A stretch of 64,000 nt of DNA from Octopus vulgaris (lineage: Eukaryota): assembly GCA_951406725.2 (NCBI GenBank), contig OX597818.1, positions 123,504,001 through 123,568,000 on the forward strand. The letters run 5' to 3'. The position numbers and the translations under genes are program-made. This document shows positions 43,236-56,660 of the stretch, in pieces. A model generated the notes under the pieces. That model was not told the DNA's origin and ran no database searches. It saw only the letters and a program-made list of their open reading frames with translations. How positions within the stretch are numbered: position 1 is the first letter of the stretch; every line of letters starts with the position of its first letter.

Positions 43236-44899
43236 ATATCCAAACGTTTTGCAGCACTCCTAGATATCTGTACCTCTCAATATTCCACAGTTATCTAATG
43301 ATGCCTTGTAGTAATTTTATGCCATCAGAGTTTACCTTCCGGCCTCTCTTCATAATCAGTATTGCACACTTATTTATCCCAAGCTGTATTCCAACATCTT
43401 TACTGAATATTTTGTTTGGATCAAAGAGTCTAAGTTTGTCTCATTTATTGTATACAACTTGAGGCCATCCTTTGATTTTAGTCTGGTCTTATAAAGTCAC
43501 TGTAATTTTGAGGAGGCACTACAAGTCGGATGCAAGGACTAAAACCTCTTAACTAATTTAGACGCTTTAATTCAATATTATTTCACATTTCAGCACACAA
43601 TCCAACATTAAATGTTGGGTCTTCTAGATTTATCGTGGTAACTTAATTGTAGCTAATGATATCACTACATGTACATCGCCTGGTATTATCATTTGAACGT
43701 AATTATATCGCTAGTAAATGATGGGATACTTTTTAACCACAGTATACATACGTCACAGAACGTTACTTAAATTCTTTTATCCTCAGTGTAAATACTAAAT
43801 ATTTAAAATCATTTATTCGCAGTGTAAATACGTCGCGTTTCTCAAACAATGAAAATGAATTTCGAAGACAGAATTCATTTATATAAAATTTACTTAATAT
43901 TTTGCATGAAAAAAGTAATCAAAATTACTTAAAGTCAGAAAAAAATATATACAGTAAAAAGATAGCGCCATTTTAACTGAAAGAAGAAAGAAACATTGTA
44001 AACGAACAAATTCTGAACAATGTTTCTTAGTTCGGTCTCTCATGATTTTGAGATTCATGACGACGCTTTGAATTCTCTCTGCACAATCTATATATTCTTT
44101 TCGCAATGCAGAATTTCTACCGTGGCAATATACTTACTGTTCGATAATTACTTTATTCTTGATTGTTCCTTTTTCAAGATTTTAGAAAAATTGCTGATCA
44201 AAGAACGGGAAATTTTGGTTTTAAATATCCATTTTTTCTCTCTTTGTTATCGAAATGCGGCGCATACTTACTCAGCAATTAAAAAGGAATTCGATAATGT
44301 TTAGTGATGTATTTACTCAGCGGATAGAATAATATGATGAATTTACAGACGTATTGTCTCGTGATCTAATCACCTAGTGATGAAACTAACAGATGAAATC
44401 ATTATTAACCGCTATGTGCTTACCTAAGAAGAATTTACAGTGAACCATTATATGGTTTTGTGGTTTGACTTAGTATGCAATTTGTCTTTCTACGTATGAG
44501 CTCTACTGTTGCTTTCACCTGTAATCAAGCAGTCCTGTATCAGGCTGATAGTTGACTGAGCGACTATGTGAAACTCCTAGATCAGTTGTTATGCCGTAAT
44601 TTTGTCAAGCAGAGAACAACCATGTAGTCACCGATGTGCAGCAAATAATCGTAAAGAAGAAAGCGGGACAGTTCATTTTATTTCTATACGCCTGTAGATT
44701 TTACTGGTCACAGTGGGAACAGGCAAGGTGGATCCCAGCCGAACGCGACAGTTGCTACCCCTCTACACTTATTATGACTCGTGTACATGCCAGTACAATG
44801 TTGGAAGCTATTTAGGTAATTCACATCACAGTTAATTCGATATGTGAGTGTTTTGTTTCCCTTGGCAAGGTGGAATGGATAGTGGTTTACGGATAGTGT

Positions 44900-45900
44900 T
44901 GTAATAAAGTAATTCTGTCGTAATTTCACTTTGTATTGAGTGAAGGTTTCAGGAAAGAGGAATGTGTCTGCTTTCGGCTCTTTTCGTTTCGTGCACCACA
45001 CAGCCTTTTTCGCTAAGCCGGCAGACAAAGACCACTTGTTCTTCTTGGCCGAAGGAAAGTGGCAGAACAACAACCTTCACGGTGGATCCAGCTCTTAACC
45101 GTATCCGTCCTTTATGTGTTCGCAGCTGTCCAACAACTGAAGTAGTCAGCTATGACCAGGCATTTCACGAGTGCATGCATTACGGTTTCGTTACCTTGAG
45201 TGCATCTCAGACAGGTTCTACTAACGGCACACACATCTCCGTAGAGTTTATCGCGAATTGGTAATTGCCCCCAGTAGAACAGCCGGGCCTGGTAATTTGG
45301 GAAATTAGCTATTTGATCCGGCCCCAAATTCCCTCGGAACAGATCGTCCAGTTAATTCTCATCAGCGCCCAGAGATTCTCCGCGAATATTGTGATATTTG
45401 TTAGTGAAGCTTCCACTTACCCCAATGCAGACTGGTAGCAGGATGCGAACAACTGACGGCACTTTAGGCACCAGGCACCCTACCTCGGTATATGCTTGAT
45501 CAGGACTGAATCTCTGTCAAAGAGACAACCAGGGAAAATCGCGTCTAACAATCGGTTATTACAGGTGGTTATTACAATCGGCTATTGCCATAAAAAATCA
45601 CTAAATGTATTACAACCTTAGCACACTCCTGTGTATCATTATCCACGGCATACCCAATCCCCTACACAGCAGATTCTGACAGCGAATGGAGTGCCTGACC
45701 CGTAGTACGTGTCCCTTCCACAAAAAGTGTAAGAGAAGACCCTCCATTCTAGTCAGACTCTAACTGGAGCAAGGCACAATTGTCGAGCGTTCGTAATCCC
45801 TACCCTACTTTTCAGGGATAGTTTCATCTAGGCCTATTTCTTGGTGAGACTAACCACCCTACTCGCCACATCGCTCCATATCATCTCACCTGGAGACTTG
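44900..45900 (-). mobile_element. Degenerate Tx1-like LINE fragment
   Basis: LPIRDKLY..CLRCTQGNETVMHALVKC; LFTLFVEG/GGLG-like remnants. Confidence 0.7.
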
Positions 45901-45907
45901 AACTAAA

Positions 45908-46357
45908 CCAGGCACATGCATCACAACCATATATGCGCGACATGGTGATCTCATCTCAAGACAAACAGCGCATGACCTTGCTGGTTAGAATTTTCTTCAG
46001 GTCGAGTAGTCCATCCCGCTCAAAAGGTCCCCGAATAAGGGTTGTTTAAGGATGTGGAACGAAACACCCATCTTTCCAGATTTTAAATATTCAAACACAA
46101 AAGAATTCCTCTCAATACATGGCTCTATGCTCCCACACTACTTCTGCTCGTGATCAGAGATACACATATCGTCAGCCAACAAGGGGCATGCTCAACTGGT
46201 TATGGTTAAGCAACTGGCAAGTAAATCTGTGGTATTGAGCAGAATATTTGCTGTAACCCATCTTTCATACCAAGACATAACATGTACAAGGTAGCACATC
46301 CAATCAGTTAAGATCAGAAGCCATAAGATCCAGTGCTTGGCACTGCATCAGGACATT
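45908..46357 (-). mobile_element. Partial copy of the TAA-associated 550-bp element
   Basis: Homology to 21797-22348. Confidence 0.8.
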
Positions 46358-46571
46358 TATTATTATTATTATTATTGATGGTTTCTTTTCATTATAACTT
46401 TATTTCAGCTGCCTTAGTACCGGGCACCCTCTGGAGGCCAAGAATAGCAAGGGCATTTTTGTTTTGCTATGCATGCTAAAATTATCACCACATTTATTCC
46501 ACTATTGTTATTGTTGCTGTTGCTGTTGCTTTTTGTGGTTGTTGTTGTTGTTCTTCTTCTTCTTCTTCTTC

Positions 46572-47229
<658 letters not shown>

Positions 47230-47237
47230 TATTATTG

Positions 47238-47271
<34 letters not shown>

Positions 47272-47282
47272 CATTATTATTA

Positions 47283-47367
<85 letters not shown>

Positions 47368-47394
47368 TGGTGTGCATGAATGTTTTACTTTCAG

Positions 47395-48100
47395 TTCATT
47401 TTGGCCAAGGTGTTAGCAAAGTGGTTGGCGCTTGTCGTTGACAGACTAGTGGGTGATGCACAGACTTGCGGTATCCCCAGCAGAACTATACATAACAACC
47501 TCCACGTCATGCGATACACCATAGAGAGGTTTGGTAAAGAACTTGGCATGGAGCCCTGATCCATTTGAATCAATCGAAAGCTTTTGATAGGGTCGACCAT
47601 CTATATTTGTAGGCTGTTCACAAGGCGACTTGTTTTAGTCTCGTTTTCAGAGGCTGGATCGCTGCAATGTACAGCGACATCTGTTCGGTGGTCAAAGTAA
47701 ATGGCCACCTCTCGGAATCGTTTAGCATCTCACGTTCGGTCGGTCAAGGATGCCCATTTTTGCCCCTTCTCTACGTACTGGCACTCGAGCTATTACTACG
47801 GAAGCTGAAGGTTTCGAGTAGCATCCTGCGTGAACTGGCATGCAGAAGTTTAGTGTCAGCGTATACGGACTACGTCGCTGTGATAGTCTCGGCCATCTCG
47901 TAAATCAAGATGGTCGGCACTACCCTAAGAGAATACGAAGCGGTGACAGGAGTAATGATCAATCAGAAGTCAGTGGGCCTGCAGCTCGGCACCTGGAGAG
48001 GCGGGCCCATGTCAACCAACAGCGTAGTGGGGTGGTGGACAGAAGAACCTGTTAAGTTGCTGGATAAGAAATGGGGCGAGGTGACAGACAGGGTGGCCAT
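47395..48100 (+). pseudogene. Tx1-like reverse transcriptase fragment
   Basis: LAKVLAK..QTCGIPSRTIHNNL; SKAFDRVDH; SRSVGQGCPFLPLLY; SAYTDY (decayed YADD). Confidence 0.85.
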
Positions 48101-48147
48101 CATCATCATTATCATAATTGTCATGAAGAATCTATAAATAGTGTATA

Positions 48148-48580
48148 TAGGCGCAGGAGTGGCTGTGTGGTAAGTAGCTTGCTAACCAACCACATGGTTC
48201 CGGGTTCAGTTCCACTGCGTGGCATCTTGGGCAAGTGTCTTCTGCTATAGCCCCGAGCCGACCAATGCCTTGTGAGTGGATTTGGTAGACGGAAACTGAA
48301 AGAAGCCTGTCGTATATATGTATATATGTGTATATATGTGTATGTGTGTGTGTGCGTGTGTGTGTGTGTTTGTCCCCCTAGCATTGCTTGACAACCGAAG
48401 CTGGTGTGTTTACGTCCCCGTCACTTAGCGGTTCGGCAAAAGAGAGGCCGATAGAATAAGTACTGGGCTTACAAAGAATATGTCCCGGGGTCGATTTGCT
48501 CGACTAAAAAGGCGGTGCTCCAGCATGGCCGCAGTCAATTGACTGAAACAAAGAGTAAAAGAGTAAAAGAGTAAAAGAGT
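48148..48580 (+). mobile_element. SINE family B, full length
   Basis: Head, body and (GTAAAAGA)n tail. Confidence 0.88.
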
Positions 48581-49024
48581 GTTAGAACATTCGTACACAG
48601 CATTTTTAAGTTTTCTAAGTTGCACCGAAATTCTCTCAATTTAAAAATAAAACAAAAAAACAACTCTGAAGTTGTATAACGCGCAAATCTAGATTCTATT
48701 TTGACTAAATTATCACTATTAGTAACACTACCTAGTACCACTTCAGCAACTACTACTTCTACTGCTACAATTACCAAATATTATCACTACTACTACTGCT
48801 GCTGCTACTTCAACCACCATTATGCCTATTGTTGCCGCGTAAACGTGATTTTTCGAGAGGTCTTTTAAATTTTCCATTGCCAAAACATTCACGTCTTATT
48901 CACCCTTTTCTCGTTTCCTTTCCTGACCATTTCATTTCCTAATTTCGTCCTTTTATTTATTATTATTTGCAAGTGTACAAACATCTGTGGAACACAGTCA
49001 TGGTAATGATATTTAACAGTAACT

Positions 49025-49304
49025 GTAGTAGTAGTAGTAGTAGGAGGAGGAGGAGGAGGAGGAGTGGTGGTGGTGGTGGTGGTGGTTATGGTGGTGGTGG
49101 TGGTGGTGGTAGTATTAGTAGTAGTAAGTAGTGGTGGTGGTGGTAGTGGTAGTAGTAGTAGTGGTGGTGGTGGTGGTGGTGGTGGTGGTGGTGGTAGTGG
49201 TGGTAGTAGTAGTAGTAATGGTGGTGGTGGTGGTGGCGGTACAGGTAGTAGTAGTAGTGGTAGTGGTGGTGGTGGTGGTGGTGGTACAGTTAGTAGTAGT
49301 GGTA

Positions 49305-49340
<36 letters not shown>

Positions 49341-49380
49341 GTAGTAACAGCAGCAGCAACAGCAATAGTAGTAGTAGTAA
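49025..49380. repeat. Compound (GTA)n/(GGA)n/(GGT)n trinucleotide repeat
   Basis: Direct reading. Confidence 0.95.
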
Positions 49381-49846
49381 TTGTAGTTCAACGTGGTTAT
49401 TGTTCAGGCAATTGTTGTTGCTGGTGTTGTTTTTGTTGTTATAGTCATTGTTTCCTTTCTCCTACTCGAAAAAGTGGTGGTAGGAGGAAGCGGCGGCGGG
49501 TGGGGGATGAGGGTCTCTCCTTCATTCAGTGGTATGGCGACAGTCTTCATTACTGAACTCTATTGAAACCTAAAACAATTAATATGAATACGAGCAAGTA
49601 GCTTCGGGAGGAGAGGGAGTGAGGAAGGTATAACAGAATGGTAGAATAGCTGGTGTAACGGTAACTAAGTAATCCGTAAACGAATTCCGATGTTATCGCT
49701 AACCTTAACTACTTAATGGTGTTGTAAGCACAATATCTCAATATGGTTTAGCAGAATGAATCCAACCAATTCACTGGATAATTTGAATAGAAGCTATTGT
49801 TGCAACACACAAAGAATGCTTCACTAAAGAATACTGCGCGCACCAA

Positions 49847-49893
<47 letters not shown>

Positions 49894-49979
49894 GTACACG
49901 CAAGAGCCTTTATAAGCACAGACACACACATATTTATGCACATACAAAAACACGTACAAATACGTATTAGTCACACACA

Positions 49980-50047
<68 letters not shown>

Positions 50048-50181
50048 GGTGCCCTCCGCAGGAGCCAGCTCGATGCCGCCCGAAGAGCAGCATCAAGTCT
50101 AATACACACACAGACACACCCACACATCAGTGTGTGTGTGTGTCTTCGGGCGGCATCGAGCTGGCTCCTGCGGAGGGCACC
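50048..50181. repeat. Perfect 39-bp GC-rich inverted repeat
   Basis: 50048-50086 is the exact reverse complement of 50143-50181. Confidence 0.92.
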
Positions 50182-50277
50182 TTTCAGGCCTCCGGATCCA
50201 CTATCTGGACGCTTCGCGGCCCTCTACCTTTGTGTGATGTAATGGACTCGGACACATTCATTGTATATGCATCTCAT

Positions 50278-50672
50278 GGCGGCGAACTGGCAGAAACGTT
50301 AGCACGCAGGGTGAAATGCTTAGCGGTATTTCGTCTGTCGTTACGTTGTGAGTTCAAATTCCGCCGAGGTCCACTTTGCCTTTCATCCTCTCGGGGTCGA
50401 TAAATTAAGAACCAGTTACGTACTGGGGTCGATGTAATCGACTTAATACCTATGTCTGTCCTTGTTTGTCCTCTCTGTGTTTAGCCCCTTGTGGGTAGTA
50501 AAGGAATAGGTATTTCGTCTGTCTTTACGTTCTGAGTTCAAATTCCGCCGAGGTCGACTTTGCCTTTCATTCTTTCGGGGTCGATAAGTTAAGTACCAGT
50601 TGCGTACTGGAGTCGATCTAATCGACTGGCCCCCTTCCCCCAAAATTTCGGGCATTGTGCCTAGTGTAGAAA
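50278..50672 (+). mobile_element. SINE family A dimer
   Basis: Young unit joined at GGAATAG|GTATTTCGTC to a headless old-tail unit. Confidence 0.88.
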
Positions 50673-51418
50673 AGACAGTATATGTATCTTCTGGTATTAA
50701 TTATCTCGCTTCCTCGCTCTCTCTCATTCTTTCTCTTCCTCTCTTTCACATATGCAAACACTCACACTATCTCTCTCTATTTCTCTCTCTATATCTGTCA
50801 ATGTATGTATCTATCTATCCATCTATTTATCTATCTGTCTATCTATGTATCTCATTGTGATGAGCCCCTTTTCGTCACTTGCCAATACTCTCATTTCTGT
50901 ACCCAAGCTATGGTATGTAAACATTTAGTTCCGTCCTCTATCTTGAATGTTAACCACTTTTTCCTTAGAGTAGTTAAATAATGATTTCTTAGATGGAAAT
51001 GAAGTCAGCAATGTACAGGGAATGTGGTTTAGTATATTATAATGATTATGTTTTTAACGGAATCGAGCAAAATTAAGAACATTGCATCATTTTGTTTGAA
51101 AACTAAATCCCACAAGACATAACTCGCTAATTTTATACATAATAACGTTTATTTTCGTACACAAAACCTCAGTACAGGAGCAAACTGTAAAAGCTATTGC
51201 AAAGAGAGATCACTACTAAAGTTTCGGTATTCGGTTAACGTTAAATTATGCCTTTGGGAGAAATGGACAAACATTCGCAGTATCCATTTTGTAACTTCTA
51301 GAAAAAATTAATAGGTTTTTTTGTGTGCTTACACAAAAGAAACCAATATTTATGAACTGCAGACATAACTGAAACTTCCGACAAATATTGTTATGAAATA
51401 ATTAACTCATTGATTTAT

Positions 51419-51539
<121 letters not shown>

Positions 51540-51633
51540 TACACATCTCTATACAAACATATATATATATATATTTATATTAATATATATAGATACATAC
51601 ATATATTTATATATATATCTAAATATATATCCA

Positions 51634-51674
<41 letters not shown>

Positions 51675-51762
51675 TACACACAAATGTATCTATATATATA
51701 CAGTATATACATATAATGTGTATGTATATATACACACACACATATATATATATATATACATA

Positions 51763-51821
<59 letters not shown>

Positions 51822-52093
51822 GGAGAATTCAGAAAAAAAGCAAAAGACGAACACAGGTGGTGTAGACAACAAAAAATGTATTAGTTTAACCCTCGGAAAG
51901 GAAAAGTTCTTCAACGTTTCGCGCCTACGCTCTTCCACAGAAAGGAGCACAGAAAGAAACTGGGAGAGAAAATAAAGAATATATATATATATATATATAT
52001 AAAGTTATCTATCTGTATGTAATCTGTGGTAATGTATATGTTTATACATTCTTCAGTTATATATAAATATATTTATATATATACGCATATTGT

Positions 52094-52408
52094 GGCACTC
52101 CGTCTGTTACGACGACGAGGGTTCCCGTTGATACGATCAACAAAACAGCCTGATCGTGAAATTAACGTGCAAGTTAAGTGCAGACACGTATACCTTTAAC
52201 GTAGTTCTCGGTGAGATTCAGCGTGACACAGACTGTTTCAAAGTTGGCCCTTCGAAATACAGGTACAACACATACAGGAAGGAACTGAGGGAATACAGAA
52301 GAGTTCGCCACCCTAGCCCCCTCCCGAAACATTCTGGAGCTTTAGGTCTTTTCGCTCAATAAGCACTCGAATCGGCCGCCCTAACCACTGAGCCATTATT
52401 GCACCTCC
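52094..52408 (-). mobile_element. SINE family C, degenerate, RTE-like tail
   Basis: Homology to 30357-30732. Confidence 0.7.
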
Positions 52409-53496
52409 AGAAATATTTGTGTGTATATACAGTTGCGGCCAAAATGTTCAGAACGGCTTTGGTTTCGTCAGAAAAGTAGGTATAATTTTTTATCGAAGTT
52501 GTTTTATATTCTATAATTTTCACAGACAATAAATACGATATTATTTGTTATTGTCTGGGATTTTGGTGTAATTTGAGAGGACAATACAAAAGTTATGGAT
52601 GATTTAGTGATTTACTGCAAAACCCAGGTGAAATACTGCTAAGCATTTCGCCTGGCGCGATAACATCTATGCCAGCTCACCAATCTTTACAGATACCATC
52701 CGATACCTTAGTATTCAAGTATATAATATGTATAAATATTAAACTATTTCTAGATAATTTCTTTTCCTCCCTCTTTGGTAAAAGTTTGGTATATACTCAA
52801 AAGTATTCAAAAAAAATTTATCCTTTTGTTATAATATCCTTAATAATCTTCTGAATAATCCTAAAATTTAACTTTATACAATATGACAATATTCTTTAAA
52901 ATATTTTACTATAGTACCACATTTCATTATCAATGGTCTACTACTGTTTCATTATCAATAATCTACTATTGGCTTGCCAATTTAAGTGTCAGCTAACATC
53001 TTGATTTAAGATTTCCTTTAGCAAAGCTCATTATATTGCTTCAAAGAAATATTGATAGCTTTTATGACTATACCTACTATAATTTCTGTCGACTCCCTCA
53101 GCCCCCTTCCTAGCAGGCTCTACTCCTTATTCTTTTGGCCTTAGATATACAAAGATTTGATAAACTAGTCTATAAAGTAAAACTGACCCCATTAAAGAGT
53201 GACAAGCAAAATATGCAACAAGTCTTTCTTCATGATACTTTAGTAGCTTCTCAGCTGAAGTGAAGACAGTATGTTCTTTGTCTATTTCCTTACCTTCTTG
53301 GAGATTTTAGGTAAAATTATCCTAATGGGTCCATCTGTTTTAATTTAATTTAATTTAATTCTATGTCTTTCTGCTGCCGAGGATTGTTCTGGATTTAAAC
53401 TGATGTAATGATTGCATTGTTCAATTAAATGGAGTTGCTTGAAACGATCGTACTGCATTACCTCTGGATATCCTTTTTCCTTATTTTGATATATAA

Positions 53497-53563
<67 letters not shown>

Positions 53564-53625
53564 CATATTTATACATACATGTATATATATTTATATATAT
53601 ACATATTTATACATACATGTATATA

Positions 53626-53713
<88 letters not shown>

Positions 53714-53722
<9 letters not shown>

Positions 53723-53878
53723 GTGAAGGGTAGAAATGGAGCTGAACGAAGATTCTACAGAATTCCTTTTATTATTTTCTACACATGTTTCAAAGGCCGC
53801 AAAACATGTGTAGAAAATAATAAAAGGAATTCTGTAGAATCTTCGTTCAGCTCCATTTCTTCCCTTGACTAAATATAT
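53714..53878. repeat. Long inverted repeat: 77-bp arms, 11-nt loop
   Basis: 53714-53790 versus 53802-53878, two mismatches. Confidence 0.92.
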
Positions 53879-54022
53879 TAAACTTCAATTATCCGCGCTA
53901 AGGCACGGTTGCGACACCCCAAGGTCGTAACTTCAACCGTGTTTTTTCTGTTGTGATTTTTGCTACCCAGGTATCGGTTAAATTTTGAATAATCCTTAAC
54001 AAGATAATTCATTTATCCATTT

Positions 54023-54081
<59 letters not shown>

Positions 54082-54299
54082 TATACATATATATATACTT
54101 ATATATATATATATATATATATATACAAATGTATACATAAATATATATATACATATATATAGACACATTTATATATACATATACGTAATTATATAAGTAT
54201 ATATATATACTAGGCGGTGCTCCAGCATGGCCGCAGTCAAATGACCGAAACAAGTACAAAAAAAAATATATATATATATATATATATGTATACATACAA

Positions 54300-54466
54300 T
54301 CGGGTGATTTCTACCAACGAAGTTTGAAAATATTGTTGAATGTTGGGAAGAAGTTGTAAACAACAAGGGTGAATACATTATTGATTAACTTGTTGTTTTT
54401 TTTATTAAACCTCTTAAAAATATTTACATTTTAAAAAACTACGGGAACTTTGTTGCGAACCTAATA
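54300..54466 (+). mobile_element. Mariner 3' relic
   Basis: WEEVVNNKGEYIID*, then a TIR-like end CGGGAACTTTGTTGCGAACCTAATA. Confidence 0.6.
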
Positions 54467-54467
54467 T

Positions 54468-54539
<72 letters not shown>

Positions 54540-54544
54540 GAATA

Positions 54545-56606
54545 AATAAATGGAGTTTAACGCAGGTGTGAATGAAATATTTTTACTTTTTGACACATGT
54601 TTCTAAAATTCCACTGATACTATTCAAAAAATAAATGGTATAAACAATGCAATCTACTCTTCAGGAAAGTGAAAAAAAACGAAACTCGTCAATAAGACAT
54701 TTTAGCAAAAATTGATGGATTTGTATAGCCATTAACTGAACGCTATTAATATTGTTTAAAAAAAACGTTATATGATATAACGTCATAAGTTGCTTACAGA
54801 AAGAGTAGGGATATTAATAGTGAATGTTAGATATAATGGAAATTAAAGTTTAAATTATATATAATGATAGAGACTACTTATATGCACTAAATGTTTGTTT
54901 TTGCCAATGTTTACATCTATATGCTCGCTCTATTACCGTGTTTACTAGGGGATTTTTAGAAAAAATAATGAAAAATAGCTCAGAATTGCAGAGAAGACAG
55001 AATTCCTTGCCTTTGTCATAAGGTATCGAGATTGAGAGAATCAACCATTCTAAATGAAATTGTTCATTGTGGTCTTTTAGATCCCAAATCAGTTTGCCGA
55101 GACTGGTACTATTACGTTTATTTCTATCCCTAAATGTTGTGTAATGGATAGAAATTCTTTTAGATAACTCTAACGATGTGCTTCCAATGTAAAATCGTAC
55201 TTTATTACGAGTACTGATTATACACTGATATATTTAATCCTAGAGTTACTTGACATAAATTTAATTCTATTGGAATTGACTTCAGATACAATAACCTTGT
55301 TATTAATATTTCTAGAGGGTTGGATGGTATTAGCTAAATTAATGTTAGTATTAGTAAATGTATTAATATTTAACAGTTTGTTATTATGTGAAGAGATAAT
55401 TTGTAAGAGATTTTTTGTGTTTGAAAAACCGATCCTAACCGTATGTGAATTGATAATAGAGTAATACTCTCTTTACTCTTTTACTCTTTTACTTGTTTCA
55501 GTCATTTGACTGCGGCCATGCTGGAGCACCGCCTTTAGTCGAGCAAATCGACCCCGGGACTTATTCTTTGTAAGCCCAGTACTTATTCTATCGGCCTCTT
55601 TTGCCGAACCGCTAAGTGACGGGGACGTAAACACACCAGCATCGGTTGTCGAGCAATGCTAGGGGGACAAACACACAGACACACAAACACACACATATAT
55701 ATATATACATATATACGACAGGCGTCTTTCAGTTTCCGTCTACCAAATCCACTCACAAGGCATTGGTCGGCCCGGGGCTATAGCAGAAGACACTTGCCCA
55801 AGATGCCACGCAGCGGGACTGAACCCGGAACCATGTGGTTGGTTAGCCACTCCTGCGCCTATGAATTTTTTGGAAAATTCCTAACTATAGCTTGACGAAA
55901 CAGCAGTGGGAGATTAGATTTAATTTGTCTCCCGTAAGGAATTATTAACCAAATATTTTTACTACTATTCATAGCGTAATTATTTTTGAAGGTGTTATAT
56001 TTACTTTTAGAACGATAATAGGGGATTAAATAAAGGTTATCTGCCTTCATTCACTTTGTATCGGTGCGTAAGTTATGTTTGTTATCAATAATTCTTTTAC
56101 GACTAGAAATCTTATCTACATTATTGAATTTACAATTAGACTGAGTAGAATCAATGTAGAAAATTTTCTCTGTATAACCTGCTTCAATTAAGGCAGAGTT
56201 ATAGAATTCAGCGTTATCATTGAAAATATCAACTTTAGCAGATAATTTAGATAATCTAAATGAAATATTCTTAACTAAGTTCTTAGTAATTGCTCTAGGA
56301 TGATTATTAAATTTGCTAATGTACTTAAGATTGGTCAACGGTTTACGATATGGGAAGTAAGAGTACTGTGTAAATTAAGCGTAATATCTAAAAAGTTGGC
56401 CTTCGTCATATCGTCATCAAAAACGATTTTTAAGCCCATTCTACTGAAAAAATTAACTAAACTATTCTTAACTTTTTGTACCTTTTGGTTGGAAACACTT
56501 TGGAGGTAAAGTAAACAATCATCAGACCTAAACACATCCAGTAGACGCTCTTCTTCTGAAAGGGAGGAATGTCCAATAGAAGGGAAGGCAAAGGAAGGAA
56601 ATCAGT

Positions 56607-56608
<2 letters not shown>
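54545..56608 (-). mobile_element. Penelope-like element (Naiad-like), decayed: RT C-terminus, GIY-YIG and 3' region
   Basis: FRSDDCLLY..GLKIVF..NFLDITLNL; NNHPRAITKNL..RLSKLS..FYNSAL..GY; IYQC..FYIGST..LGKLIWDLK..PYDKGKEFCLLCNSE..RCKH, stop at 54874-54876. Confidence 0.85.
55465..55862 (-). mobile_element. SINE family B nested in the Penelope-like element
   Basis: Reverse complement of family B. Confidence 0.88.

Positions 56609-56657
<49 letters not shown>

Positions 56658-56660
<3 letters not shown>

Larger units (their letters stand above)
42000..43480 (-). pseudogene. Old Dong/R4-like RT fragment split by two SINE A insertions
   Basis: DKRTRKLLRMHNTLHPKSNTDRLY reads across the SINE TSD. 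NIIKAIN..LLRYSA and INKCAIL motifs lie upstream. Confidence 0.7.

Noticed and set aside
48889-49556. Gly/Ser- or Pro-rich protein ORFs
   Set aside because: Trinucleotide repeat tract with no exon or domain evidence.
52860-53340. Possible old LINE RT relic (LALDIQRFDK)
   Set aside because: A single weak motif; too decayed to support a call.
53370-53465. Hammerhead at GAAACGATCGTA
   Set aside because: Only the 3' half is convincing; no CUGANGA with a matching stem I.
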